A DNA stretch of 58,431 nt, from IMG/VR virus record IMGVR_UViG_3300021425_000043, positions 1-58,431 of that record. One strand, given 5' to 3'. Shown one piece after another: positions 36,541 through 45,948 of this stretch. The notes beneath the pieces were generated by a model. It saw only the letters and a program-made list of their open reading frames with translations, did no database searches and was not told the DNA's origin. The DNA is from a virus. Lineage: Duplodnaviria > Caudoviricetes. The position numbers were made by a program, and so were the translations under genes. The first letter of the stretch is position 1. Every line of letters begins with the position of its first letter.

Positions 36541-38828
36541 TGGCTGCAACCAAAGTTCCGGCTCTAAAAAATGTACCAGTTAAAATAGATAGAGAGTTAA
36601 GAGATACTCTCGAGTCTATGAGAGAAGCTCAAGAAATAAGATTAGGTAGACGTGGTGACCCCTTAGACAGAGCTATAACCTTAAGAGAGTTAATAGATTC
36701 TGGTTTAGCTAAGAAACTTACCAACAGGCCTTTTAACCCTAACGGCTTAATTGATTTTATACCAAATGATGATACCGTTGGCGATTTAGATATACCGCCT
36801 GCGCCTACATCTTTAGAAGCTTCTGGTGCTTTTACAGAAATTATAGTTAGTTGGAATGGTATGAGCGCATCCGCTCCTTATAGAAACCATGCCTATACAG
36901 AGGTATGGCGTTCTAGAGATGACGAACTAGGAACTGCTGTTCTTATAACAACAACTAGTTCTTTTATTATTACAGACCCTGTAGGTTACAACCAAACTTA
37001 CTACTACTGGGTTAGGTATGTAAGTACTTCTGATGTTAAAGGTCCTTTTAATCAGACCAACGGCACAAAGGCTGAAACAGTAGAAAACATAGCTGAGGTA
37101 ATGCAACAGCTTTCAGAAGAGCTGCAAGATTTGCCTGGCTACGCAGCTTTGAATACTTTGATAACTAATGCAGACGTAGCAGTAGCTGCAAAAGCTGCAA
37201 ACGTTATTAGAGCTACTTCAGCCCCGACTACAAGAACAGACGGTTCTTCTTTACAAGCAGTCGATATTTGGGTAGATACTAATGACAACAACCAGGTTTA
37301 TATAAGAAACTCTAGTAACAACGGTTGGGAAAAAGCTAGAGATTCATCATTAATCTCACTTTATAATACTTTGAGTTCTACTGTATCAACTAACTCAACA
37401 AACATAGCAACCGCTCAGTCTGACATTGTTACCTTAACAACAGCTAATTCTTCTAGGGTTAGCGAGATAACAGAACTAGAAGCTACTTTAACTGGCTTTA
37501 GCAGTTCATCAACGGTTACTGCTGCTATAACAGCAGAACAAACAGCTAGGGCAAATGCTGACTCTTCTTTGGCTACTGACATTACAAATTTGACAGCGAC
37601 TGTAAACTCAAACACTTCTGCTATCTCAACAGAACAAACAACTAGAGCAAACGCAGATAGCGCATTAGCGACAGACATTACTAATTTAACCTCAACAGTT
37701 AACTCTAATACCTCTGCAATATCTTCTGAAGCAACAACCAGAGCTAACGCAGATTCTGCTTTAGCAACTGATATAACAAATTTGACATCTACGGTTGGGG
37801 GAAATAGTTCCAGTATAACTACTTTGAACACCACTACCGCTAATATAAACGGCGATTTAAATGCTATGTACGTGCTCCAGGTATCGACCGAAAGCAACGG
37901 CAGTGTATCTGCAGCTGGTATGGTTATTGGTTCCAATGCTAATAATGGATCTGGAGCACAATCTTACGTGCAATTCCAGGCAGATAAGTTTGCAATATGG
38001 AACGGGTCTTCTGCTACAGCTCCATTTATTGTAAGCGGTGGCACGGTTTTTATAGACAGTGCACGTATCCAAGACGGAGCTATAACAAACGCTAAAATTT
38101 TAAACGGTACTATTCAAGAAGCTAAGATAGGCGATGCTCAAATCACAACAGCTAAAATAGCGGATGCTAATATAACCAACGCTAAAATAGTTGATGCTAC
38201 TATACAAGGTGCAAAAATTGCTAATGCTGCAATTACAAATGCAAAAATAAATGATTTAAATGCTGACAAGATAAATGCGGGCATAATATCTGCTGACAGA
38301 ATTGGTGCTAATACTATTACAGCAACAAAAATAAACACAACTGATTTATTCCTACCCTCAAACGGTGGAGAAAAAACAGGTTCCACGTTAGGCTACTGGC
38401 ACGAGAACGATCTTAACTATAGACACGTAGCTGAGATAGGTTCAGGTGCTGGGTTTTATACAGGGTATATACGAGTTTATAAAGGAATTTATGCTGGTCA
38501 AATAAAAAACATTAGTTTTCTAGTATCGGATGGGACATTTGGTGCAAGTAGTGCTAATGATGTTAATACCAGTGTAACCTTTAGTGATATAACTAAAATA
38601 ACTGAAAGTGCCTCTCACGCTATTTTAGTTACCCCAAATCTACAGTATTTATCGGGAGGTTGGATTTCTAATAGTAGATTAACTACAGGTAAAGATAGTT
38701 CAAATATACCTATATCTTTTAGATACACCGGCACCGGAACTCTTAACTTTTTTATATATGCAGAGGCAGACAGTAATTATCAGTTGATGGGAGGAGCAGA
38801 CGCTAGGTTTGTTAAATTTAGCTCTTAA
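36540..38828 (+). CDS. tail spike/host-specificity protein with coiled-coil repeats
   Basis: FN3-like 'YYYWVRYV', three 32-aa repeats, 'ADKFAI...PFIV.GG.VFIDSA' segment, ITNAKI repeats. Confidence 0.7.
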   Translation: MAATKVPALKNVPVKIDRELRDTLESMREAQEIRLGRRGDPLDRAITLRELIDSGLAKKLTNRPFNPNGLIDFIPNDDTVGDLDIPPAPTSLEASGAFTEIIVSWNGMSASAPYRNHAYTEVWRSRDDELGTAVLITTTSSFIITDPVGYNQTYYYWVRYVSTSDVKGPFNQTNGTKAETVENIAEVMQQLSEELQDLPGYAALNTLITNADVAVAAKAANVIRATSAPTTRTDGSSLQAVDIWVDTNDNNQVYIRNSSNNGWEKARDSSLISLYNTLSSTVSTNSTNIATAQSDIVTLTTANSSRVSEITELEATLTGFSSSSTVTAAITAEQTARANADSSLATDITNLTATVNSNTSAISTEQTTRANADSALATDITNLTSTVNSNTSAISSEATTRANADSALATDITNLTSTVGGNSSSITTLNTTTANINGDLNAMYVLQVSTESNGSVSAAGMVIGSNANNGSGAQSYVQFQADKFAIWNGSSATAPFIVSGGTVFIDSARIQDGAITNAKILNGTIQEAKIGDAQITTAKIADANITNAKIVDATIQGAKIANAAITNAKINDLNADKINAGIISADRIGANTITATKINTTDLFLPSNGGEKTGSTLGYWHENDLNYRHVAEIGSGAGFYTGYIRVYKGIYAGQIKNISFLVSDGTFGASSANDVNTSVTFSDITKITESASHAILVTPNLQYLSGGWISNSRLTTGKDSSNIPISFRYTGTGTLNFFIYAEADSNYQLMGGADARFVKFSS
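37536..37823 (+). repeat. three degenerate 96-bp tandem coding repeats
   Basis: E(Q/A)T(A/T)RANADS(S/A)LATDITNLT units starting at 37536, 37632, 37728. Confidence 0.8.
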
Positions 38829-38836
38829 ATATTTTT

Positions 38837-39190
38837 ATGGCTTGGAATAGTACAGTATCAGATATACACACTTTTACTACAGTGTTTACCGTTAAAAACA
38901 TTTACCACAGACAAAAAGAGATGGACGGTGAGCAAGTTGTTTACAACATACACTTCAAAGTAGTAGGAACAGACACAGATGGCAGTGGTAATACTTACAC
39001 ACTTGAGGATGAAATGTTAGCTTTTGATATGTCCTCTGTTGATACTGCAAGTTCAGATTTTATTAACATAGATGATGTTACAAACGAAATAGCTAAACAG
39101 TGGGTTGTAGACTTTTTTGCTGGTAACAACAATCTAGATGTAGCATTTACCAACTTGTTATATGGTGTTCCAGATACAGATGGAACGTGA
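38837..39190 (+). CDS. hypothetical protein
   Basis: 117 aa acidic ORF after tail spike. Confidence 0.6.
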   Translation: MAWNSTVSDIHTFTTVFTVKNIYHRQKEMDGEQVVYNIHFKVVGTDTDGSGNTYTLEDEMLAFDMSSVDTASSDFINIDDVTNEIAKQWVVDFFAGNNNLDVAFTNLLYGVPDTDGT

Positions 39191-39201
39191 TAATATAAAC
39201 T

Positions 39202-39396
39202 ATGGCGTATAAAAGAAAAACAACTAGAAAAGCACCAACAAAAAAGAAGTCTTTGACTAAAAGACAAGAAGCTAGTATGAAGCGGCATTCTAAACACCAT
39301 AGTGCAAGTCATATGAAATATATGAAAAGGCGTATGCTTATGGGTGATACATTTAGAACTGCTCATAAAAAAGCACAAGCAAAAGTAGGTAAGTAA
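39202..39396 (+). CDS. small basic His/Lys-rich protein
   Basis: 64 aa 'KRHSKHHSASHMKYMK...F..AHKKA'. Confidence 0.65.
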   Translation: MAYKRKTTRKAPTKKKSLTKRQEASMKRHSKHHSASHMKYMKRRMLMGDTFRTAHKKAQAKVGK

Positions 39397-39818
39397 TGTA
39401 CGAATACAGTTGCGGTATAACTAGGATCGTGGACGGAGATACTGTCGACGCTGAGATAGACTTAGGCTTTGACATTGTATATAAGTCTCGTGTCAGACTA
39501 TACGGAATCGACACGCCAGAATCACGAACACGTGATTTAGATGAAAAAGCTAGAGGTAAACTAGCAGCAAAGTTTTTATCCGATGCTATCTTGCATGCAG
39601 ATACATTAGTCATACAAACAAAACTAGATAAGAAAGGGAAGTTCGGTAGAGTTCTAGGCGTTATCGTTGCAGATGGCGTAGATCTAAACCAAGCGCTTAT
39701 AGACAATCATCTTGCTGTTGCCTACACAGGCCAGAGTAAAGATGATATAGAGGCACAACATTTAGCAAACAAGGAGGAGCTGTTAAAGCTTGGAAAATAT
39801 GAAGAAATTATTAACTAA
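39396..39818 (+). CDS. thermonuclease (SNase-like)
   Basis: VDGDT, RVRLYGIDTPE, GKFGRVLG motifs. Confidence 0.88.
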   Translation: MYEYSCGITRIVDGDTVDAEIDLGFDIVYKSRVRLYGIDTPESRTRDLDEKARGKLAAKFLSDAILHADTLVIQTKLDKKGKFGRVLGVIVADGVDLNQALIDNHLAVAYTGQSKDDIEAQHLANKEELLKLGKYEEIIN

Positions 39819-40269
39819 CATAGTAGGGAGCGTAGCTCCAACATTAGGTGCGGCACTCGGTGGCCCTTTAGGTGGCATGGCAGGTGACGTTATATCCAAA
39901 GTATTAGGTGTAGAAAACAATCCAGCATCATTAGAAAAAGCAATTGCACAAGCAACACCAGAACAATTGATGGAAATTAAAAAAGCAGAGATAGAGTTCG
40001 AAGCTAAGATGAAAGAGCTGGATGTAGACATATACAAAATAGAAGCTGAAGAGAAGAAAGACGCACGTAAACACTTTTCTAAAGACTGGACTGCTAGGAT
40101 TATAGGTATAGCCATGGTTGGTGGTTTTCTTGGTTATATCTTTCTTGTAACGCTACAACCACCAGAGCAAAATAGTGAGGCTCTGATTAATTTAGTGCTA
40201 GGTTACTTGGGTGGCCTAGCGTCTGCAGTAATATCATTTTATTTCGGAGCCTCCAATAAACAAGAATGA
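39799..40269 (+). CDS. holin-like membrane protein
   Basis: 'VAPTLGAALGGPLGG' N-terminus, two TM helices, terminal 'SFYFGAS'; AGGAGGAG RBS region. Confidence 0.6.
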   Translation: MKKLLTNIVGSVAPTLGAALGGPLGGMAGDVISKVLGVENNPASLEKAIAQATPEQLMEIKKAEIEFEAKMKELDVDIYKIEAEEKKDARKHFSKDWTARIIGIAMVGGFLGYIFLVTLQPPEQNSEALINLVLGYLGGLASAVISFYFGASNKQE

Positions 40270-40616
40270 CCGAAGCGATTACGGTAATCCAAGAAGTTGG
40301 TTTTCCTATAGCAGCTGCAGCTGGTTTAGGTTGGTTTATTTATAAACTAATCATGCGTATTGTGGACGGTATGGAGACAAAACTTGATACCGTAGATGAA
40401 AAAGTAGAATCTCAAATAGCAGCCATAGAAGAACGACTAGGCACAAAACTTGACTCACAGCATGGTATTTTAGTAGCCTTAATAGACAGGGTGCGTAGTT
40501 TAGATAACGAAATTATAAGACAAGACACTTTGATAAAGACTATTCTTGGCGTACCTCAACTAATAGATAGCAATAAAATTGCTAAGGCGGATAGAGATGA
40601 CCAAAGAAAAGATTAA
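40266..40616 (+). CDS. membrane-anchored coiled-coil protein
   Basis: 'IQEVGFPIAAA' N-terminal TM, then coiled coil; overlaps both neighbours. Confidence 0.65.
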   Translation: MTEAITVIQEVGFPIAAAAGLGWFIYKLIMRIVDGMETKLDTVDEKVESQIAAIEERLGTKLDSQHGILVALIDRVRSLDNEIIRQDTLIKTILGVPQLIDSNKIAKADRDDQRKD

Positions 40617-41139
40617 AAGAAAAAGAGGCAGACCCTCTAACGCAGAACTAAAGCGTAGAAAAGAAGAAAGGGAAAAGGATCTTATCCTAAGGGTATTGCT
40701 TGCGATAGGGGTTTTTCTAATTGGTGCTATAGTTTCACAAAACTTATTAGCAGACCAAATGACCCATAAGTTTAAGTCTCCTTCTTTTAGTGGAGAAAAT
40801 ACTTCTAGTCACTACCTAACAATAGATAATGTTGAATACACTAGAAAAATGTCTATAAAAGCAGAATTAAAAGCTTTGCAAGACCAAATAAAAAGAGACA
40901 AAGAGAACACAACCCTTGCTAGATTTGTCCGTAATTTAGAGTCTAGGATTTATGCACAGTTGTCTAGACAACTTGTAGAAGCTTTGTTTGGAGAGACTCC
41001 AAGCGATAATGGTACAATTGAGTTAGAAGGTAATACAATTACCTATAGTGTAGTAGACGGTATAATAACTCTAACTGTGGTGGACTCGGACGGCAATGAA
41101 ACAATTATTCAAATTCCTATCGGTAGTTTTACTTTCTAG
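40597..41139 (+). CDS. csgF: curli assembly protein CsgF homolog
   Basis: Hydrophobic signal/TM then 'HKFKSPSFSG' (cf. CsgF F.NP.FGG), 'F..NLESRIYAQLS', C-terminal 'TIIQIP'; directly before csgG. Confidence 0.8.
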   Translation: MTKEKIKRKRGRPSNAELKRRKEEREKDLILRVLLAIGVFLIGAIVSQNLLADQMTHKFKSPSFSGENTSSHYLTIDNVEYTRKMSIKAELKALQDQIKRDKENTTLARFVRNLESRIYAQLSRQLVEALFGETPSDNGTIELEGNTITYSVVDGIITLTVVDSDGNETIIQIPIGSFTF

Positions 41140-41956
41140 TTGTGCGTCCTTAATATTTGACCCGATAGAAAATAACATAGGCCCAATCCAAAAAATAGAA
41201 AGGGCAGAGGTAGAAACACTCGCAGTATCTAATCTTTCTTCTGTTGGAGTGCCAACACGTAAACCAGTCATTGCAGTTTATCCTACAAGTTTTACAGACC
41301 AAACAGGACAAAGGTTAAGCAATTCAAGCTACGCTTCTTTCTCTACTGCAATAACTCAACTACCAAGTGCCTATTTAATAAGAGCTTTGCATAAAGCAGG
41401 CTCGGATCACGGGGGGTTTTTTACTGTAGTTGAAAGGGTAGGTTTAGATAACTTAACTAAAGAACGCCAAATTATAAGAAGCACTAGAGAAAAAGAAGAT
41501 AATGCCAAGGAGCTAGGGGCCCTTTTGTTCGCAGGTTTAATTATAGAAGGGGGTGTGATAGGATATGAGAGTAACGTTACGTCTGGCGGTGCTGGAGCAC
41601 GCTATTTAGGCTTAGGTGCAACCAAAGCGTATAGAAGAGATTCAGTAACAGTACAACTTAGGTTGGTATCTGTTACAACGGGAAAAGTTTTGCTAGAGAC
41701 ACTGGTGACTAAAACAATACTAAGTGCCTCATTAAGTAACGATGTTTTTCGATTTATTTCTGATAATACAGAGTTAGTCGAAATAGAAAGTGGTGTTGTA
41801 AGAAACGAATCCGGAGGATTGGCTTTAAGGGCCGCCATAGAAACAGCAGTTCTGCAGATAATTAAGGAGGGTACAGAAGCAGGCTATTGGAGTATACATG
41901 AAAAATATAAAACTATTGATTGCGATGCTGATTGTGTCGCCTCTGTACGCGGCTGA
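41096..41956 (+). CDS. csgG: curli secretion channel CsgG homolog (lipoprotein)
   Basis: Lipobox LSSC; 'FTDQTGQR', 'FSTAITQ', 'VVERVGLDNLTKERQIIR', 'EGGVIGYESN..SGGAGARYLG', 'YRRD.VTV.LR.V'. Confidence 0.92.
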   Translation: MKQLFKFLSVVLLSSCASLIFDPIENNIGPIQKIERAEVETLAVSNLSSVGVPTRKPVIAVYPTSFTDQTGQRLSNSSYASFSTAITQLPSAYLIRALHKAGSDHGGFFTVVERVGLDNLTKERQIIRSTREKEDNAKELGALLFAGLIIEGGVIGYESNVTSGGAGARYLGLGATKAYRRDSVTVQLRLVSVTTGKVLLETLVTKTILSASLSNDVFRFISDNTELVEIESGVVRNESGGLALRAAIETAVLQIIKEGTEAGYWSIHEKYKTIDCDADCVASVRG

Positions 41957-42608
41957 TAACGAAATATATGTAGATCAAGCCGGTGCTACTTTAAACCTAG
42001 ACTTAGAACAACTTGGTTCTGGTAATATTATAGGCGGGCTTAATGCTGCTGCTGGTAGTATGACTGCTCTTGACCTTGATGGCGCTACTATGACTTTAGA
42101 CATAAACCAAATAGGTGGTTCTAATACATTTTTAGGGGATATTTTAGCTGACAATTTTACAGGTTTTTTTGAGTTTGATGGAGACAGTAATGACTTTACA
42201 ATCCAAGTAGACCCTACTAATACCTATGGAGCTGACGGTAGTAATCTTAATGTAGACGTTACAGGAGACAGCAACGACTTTACGTTAAACGTAGGGACAA
42301 CAGCTTTAACTGGTAATTTAGACTTAGATTGGATTATAAATGGTTCTAGTAATACATTTGATTTTGATATTAACTACGATGGTGCTACATCTTATGTAGA
42401 CGTAGATGGTGATTCTAACAATGTTACATTTGATGGTTCAGGCTATGCAGGCGGATATTTTTACCTTGACCAAACAGGTAATAGTAGAACATTTAATATT
42501 CAACAACTGAGTACCCAAGATAATGACTGGCTTAAAATTATATCTAACGGTAATGGTGGTACTGTTTGCGTCATTCAAAACGACCAAGGCACAGGCACAA
42601 GCTGTTAA
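41898..42608 (+). CDS. secreted curlin-like beta-solenoid protein
   Basis: Sec signal then 'DNEIYVDQAG' and repeated x-G-(D/S/G)-S-N turns with alternating hydrophobics; C-terminal Cys pair. Confidence 0.7.
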   Translation: MKNIKLLIAMLIVSPLYAADNEIYVDQAGATLNLDLEQLGSGNIIGGLNAAAGSMTALDLDGATMTLDINQIGGSNTFLGDILADNFTGFFEFDGDSNDFTIQVDPTNTYGADGSNLNVDVTGDSNDFTLNVGTTALTGNLDLDWIINGSSNTFDFDINYDGATSYVDVDGDSNNVTFDGSGYAGGYFYLDQTGNSRTFNIQQLSTQDNDWLKIISNGNGGTVCVIQNDQGTGTSC

Positions 42609-43632
42609 TATTGGAGATATTTCTGAACTAAAAGGGACTGCTAGCGTCTTAAGAGACCAACCTTACGGCGCTGAATTAGATTTTGACATTCAACAAATGG
42701 ATGACGTTCGTACAACTAACGGACGTGTAGGCATAACATTCCTGGACAATTCTATTGTACGACTGACGGAACATTCTAAACTTGTCATAACTGAATACAT
42801 TTACGACCCTGACCCTTCAAAAGGTAAAATGGCCATGACGTTTGCTAGCGGTACGGCTAGGTTTATAAGCAGTAAACTAGGCAAGATTGATAAAAAAAAC
42901 ATAAAACTTTCTACACCTACAGCTGACATTGCAATTCGTGGGACTGATTTTACGTGTACCGTAGACGAACTTGGACGTTCGCTTATTATTTTACTACCTG
43001 ATGCTAACGGTTTATCTAGTGGCGAAATACTTGTTACAACCGCTGCAGGCACAGTTACTTTAAACAGACCTTATGAAGCTACGACTGTTAATGTATTTGA
43101 AAACGCACCTAGTAAACCTGTTATATTAGATTTAACTTTAGACATAATAGACAACATGTTGATTGTTAGTCCTCCGGACGAATCAAAGTTATCCACAGAA
43201 TCATCCACAACGTCCGGAAATACTGGGGCAATTTTAGATATAGACTATTTAGAGTTTGAGGATTTAGAGTTTGATTATCTAGCAGAAGACTCGCTTGAAT
43301 TTAGTGAGCTTGATATAAATTATTTAGATGTTAATTTTTTTGAAGATTTATTAGAAGTTATAGAAGAATTAGATACTTTGGGAGACCAGGCATTGACTAC
43401 AGGTTCAGTGCTGCAGGGCACAACCTTTGGGCAAGATTTAGTTACGCAAATTACAACTTTTAAACAAGATGAAAGCATTATTTTAGAAAGAGCAGTAACG
43501 CAAGCTACTAAGTTGACCCTAAACATATCGCAGGGCTATACTATAATATTACTGCAGGATGGTAAAACACAACAAGTGTTAATAAATGGTGGAGGTGACT
43601 CTACTATAAGGATTACACAGGGGTCAGGATGA
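42523..43632 (+). CDS. FecR-domain periplasmic protein
   Basis: Signal peptide; 'DDVRT...ITFLDNS.VRL.EHS.L', 'GTARF', 'TPTADIAIRGTDF'; acidic linker and beta-rich C-terminus. Confidence 0.82.
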   Translation: MTGLKLYLTVMVVLFASFKTTKAQAQAVNIGDISELKGTASVLRDQPYGAELDFDIQQMDDVRTTNGRVGITFLDNSIVRLTEHSKLVITEYIYDPDPSKGKMAMTFASGTARFISSKLGKIDKKNIKLSTPTADIAIRGTDFTCTVDELGRSLIILLPDANGLSSGEILVTTAAGTVTLNRPYEATTVNVFENAPSKPVILDLTLDIIDNMLIVSPPDESKLSTESSTTSGNTGAILDIDYLEFEDLEFDYLAEDSLEFSELDINYLDVNFFEDLLEVIEELDTLGDQALTTGSVLQGTTFGQDLVTQITTFKQDESIILERAVTQATKLTLNISQGYTIILLQDGKTQQVLINGGGDSTIRITQGSG

Positions 43633-45380
43633 AGAAATGGATTTCGTTATTAGCAATACCAATACTAGCTATACCACTGCTGTTTAACTGGCAGGCACTA
43701 GAGATACTTAAATTAAAAACATTTGATGCTTTCGTACAAAAACAAGATCCATCTGGCTGGTTTGTAACTTTAGATATAACAGAAGAAGATGTAGCAACTG
43801 CAGGTGGGTGGCCGTACCCGCGTCAGGACTTGGCACGCATTCATTTAGATTTATTAGAAGCAGGAGCTTTAGGTGTAGGTTGGGTTGTTGCTTTTCCACA
43901 AGCAGATAGGTTTGGTGGCGACCAAGCATTTGGAGATGCTTTGTTACAAGGTGCGAGTGTTATTGCTACTTTTGAAGGTGGGGCTTCGTATGCACCTACC
44001 ACAGGCACAGTCATACTAGGAGATGGTATACCTATAGAAGCTATAAAAGCTCAAGGTGTTATTGGAAATGTACCCGTGCTAGCAGAGTCAGCTTACCAGG
44101 GGCTGGCAGTTGCACGAACTGACGTAGATAATTTAGTTAGACGTTTACCCTTACTATTACAAACACCTGATGGTTGGACGCCGTCTTTTGGTATACAAGT
44201 AATGAAGATGATTGGTGGCGCAGATACGTACATTATTAAAGGGCAGCAAGGGCAGATAGAAGAACTGACTGTACCTAACTACGCACAAATACCTGTAGAT
44301 AGCATTGGGCGTCGTTGGGTGTCTTGGGTTGATACGCCAAGCACAAGCCTAGAAGAGATGGATGTACGAGATAAATTTGTGTTTATAGGCGTGAGTGCAA
44401 AAGGTGTTATGCCTCAAATAGCTACGCCAGTTGGATTGTTGTACCCACATGAGATACAAGCTGCACTAGCTGAGAGTATGACAATGGATGTACCAGCTAT
44501 ACCAGGCAATGCTCTATTATATGAATTACTTATATTAGTTACAGTACTAACCTTAGCCATAGTTATAATACGTACATTAGGGCTCGTCGGAACTTTAGTA
44601 GGGACCGTGGGCCTCGTATCGTTAACCGCGGTCGGAGGTTGGTACTTAATTGCATCGAATATACTTATAGATGTTACTTATAGTATATTATCAGCCATAC
44701 TTATATCTATTCAAGAATTTTATTTACGCTTTAACGAACAATTTAAACTTAGACAATTAATAAAGAAACAGTTTGAACACTACTTAGATCCGAAACAAGT
44801 TGCACGATTACAAAACAACCCTGGCTTATTACAATTAGGTGGAGAAAAACGTATATGTACATTCTTGTTCACAGACGTCAGAGGGTTCACGAATCTGTCC
44901 GAAAAATTATCTCCTGAAGAAGTAACAGAAATAATGAATAAAGTTCTTACTGTACAAGTTACATGTATTCAAGCACATGGTGGTATGGTAGATAAGTTTA
45001 TAGGCGACGCATGTATGGCCATCTTTAATGCCCCCCTATCTATAGATGAACATGAAAAACGTGCAGTCGCCTGTGCTCAGGATATGCGTACGGCTATTCG
45101 CATGCTGCAAAAAGAATTGTCCGAACCAATTGCAATAGGCATAGGTGTTAATACAGGCGAAGCAGTAATAGGTAACATGGGCTCAGATACTAGGTTTGAT
45201 TATTCAGCAATAGGAGATGCGGTAAATACGGCTGCACGATTAGAGAGTGCAACTAAAGAAGCTGGAGTAGATATTTTAATTGGAGAAACTACTGCTAAGA
45301 AGATGTTGTATGATCTGACACTATTAGCTCCTATAAAAGTAAAAGGTAAAGCAAAACCTTTAAAGGTGTATACTATATAA
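43629..45380 (+). CDS. CHASE2-domain class III adenylate cyclase
   Basis: CHASE2 'GGWPYPR', 'D.DNLVRR.PL', 'DKFVFIG', 3 TM helices; cyclase FTDVRGFT, DKFIGD, DYSAIGDAVNTAARLE. Confidence 0.92.
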   Translation: MKKWISLLAIPILAIPLLFNWQALEILKLKTFDAFVQKQDPSGWFVTLDITEEDVATAGGWPYPRQDLARIHLDLLEAGALGVGWVVAFPQADRFGGDQAFGDALLQGASVIATFEGGASYAPTTGTVILGDGIPIEAIKAQGVIGNVPVLAESAYQGLAVARTDVDNLVRRLPLLLQTPDGWTPSFGIQVMKMIGGADTYIIKGQQGQIEELTVPNYAQIPVDSIGRRWVSWVDTPSTSLEEMDVRDKFVFIGVSAKGVMPQIATPVGLLYPHEIQAALAESMTMDVPAIPGNALLYELLILVTVLTLAIVIIRTLGLVGTLVGTVGLVSLTAVGGWYLIASNILIDVTYSILSAILISIQEFYLRFNEQFKLRQLIKKQFEHYLDPKQVARLQNNPGLLQLGGEKRICTFLFTDVRGFTNLSEKLSPEEVTEIMNKVLTVQVTCIQAHGGMVDKFIGDACMAIFNAPLSIDEHEKRAVACAQDMRTAIRMLQKELSEPIAIGIGVNTGEAVIGNMGSDTRFDYSAIGDAVNTAARLESATKEAGVDILIGETTAKKMLYDLTLLAPIKVKGKAKPLKVYTI

Positions 45381-45626
45381 ATGCCAAGAAACTATAAATT
45401 AGAATACGAAAGATATCACAAGTCACCTGAGCAAAAGAAACGTCGTGCGGCACGAAATAAAATACGCAGAGAGCTATTAAGTAGTGGTAGAGTTAGAAAA
45501 GGAAGTCGTGTTGATGTACATCATAGAGATGGAAACCCAGAAAATAACTCTCCAGGCAACATTGTTTTGCAAGATAGGTCAAAAAACCGTTCTTTTGCCA
45601 GAAATAGCAAATCTGGGAAAAAATGA
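45381..45626 (+). CDS. small HNH-like protein
   Basis: 'DVHHRDGNPENN..GN......NR' motif. Confidence 0.7.
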   Translation: MPRNYKLEYERYHKSPEQKKRRAARNKIRRELLSSGRVRKGSRVDVHHRDGNPENNSPGNIVLQDRSKNRSFARNSKSGKK

Positions 45627-45684
45627 CCTCACAGAAGGCCGCCTGTTGCATTTTGTTAAGGTACCTAAGGCCTTAGGTCCAAAA

Positions 45685-45948
45685 CTATCTAAAATCGTTT
45701 GGCGGGCTTGTACGTGCGTCCTCTGCGTTTTCTTCTTTTTCGAGTGTTTTAATTAATCTTTTTAGATACCATTCAGCTTTTAAGACATCTTGTAGCCCTT
45801 TTTTGGCTTCATAGCGCCACATATACTTTTGAATGTTACCTTTAAGATAACCTTTAAAGGCTTCAGGGGTCATACTTTCTTCTATTGCCACAATACATTC
45901 CACATTTCCTGTGTTGTAATGCGGAGGTGAGTTTACATAATCAGTCAT
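45685..45948 (-). CDS. DUF3310-like protein
   Basis: 'VNSPPHY...ECI.AI...GN..KY.WRY..K.G.QD..KA.WYL'. Confidence 0.8.
   Translation of the reverse strand: MTDYVNSPPHYNTGNVECIVAIEESMTPEAFKGYLKGNIQKYMWRYEAKKGLQDVLKAEWYLKRLIKTLEKEENAEDARTSPPNDFR

Noticed and set aside
43189-43197. Perfect DnaA box TTATCCACA
   Set aside because: Single copy inside the FecR coding region; compatible with chance
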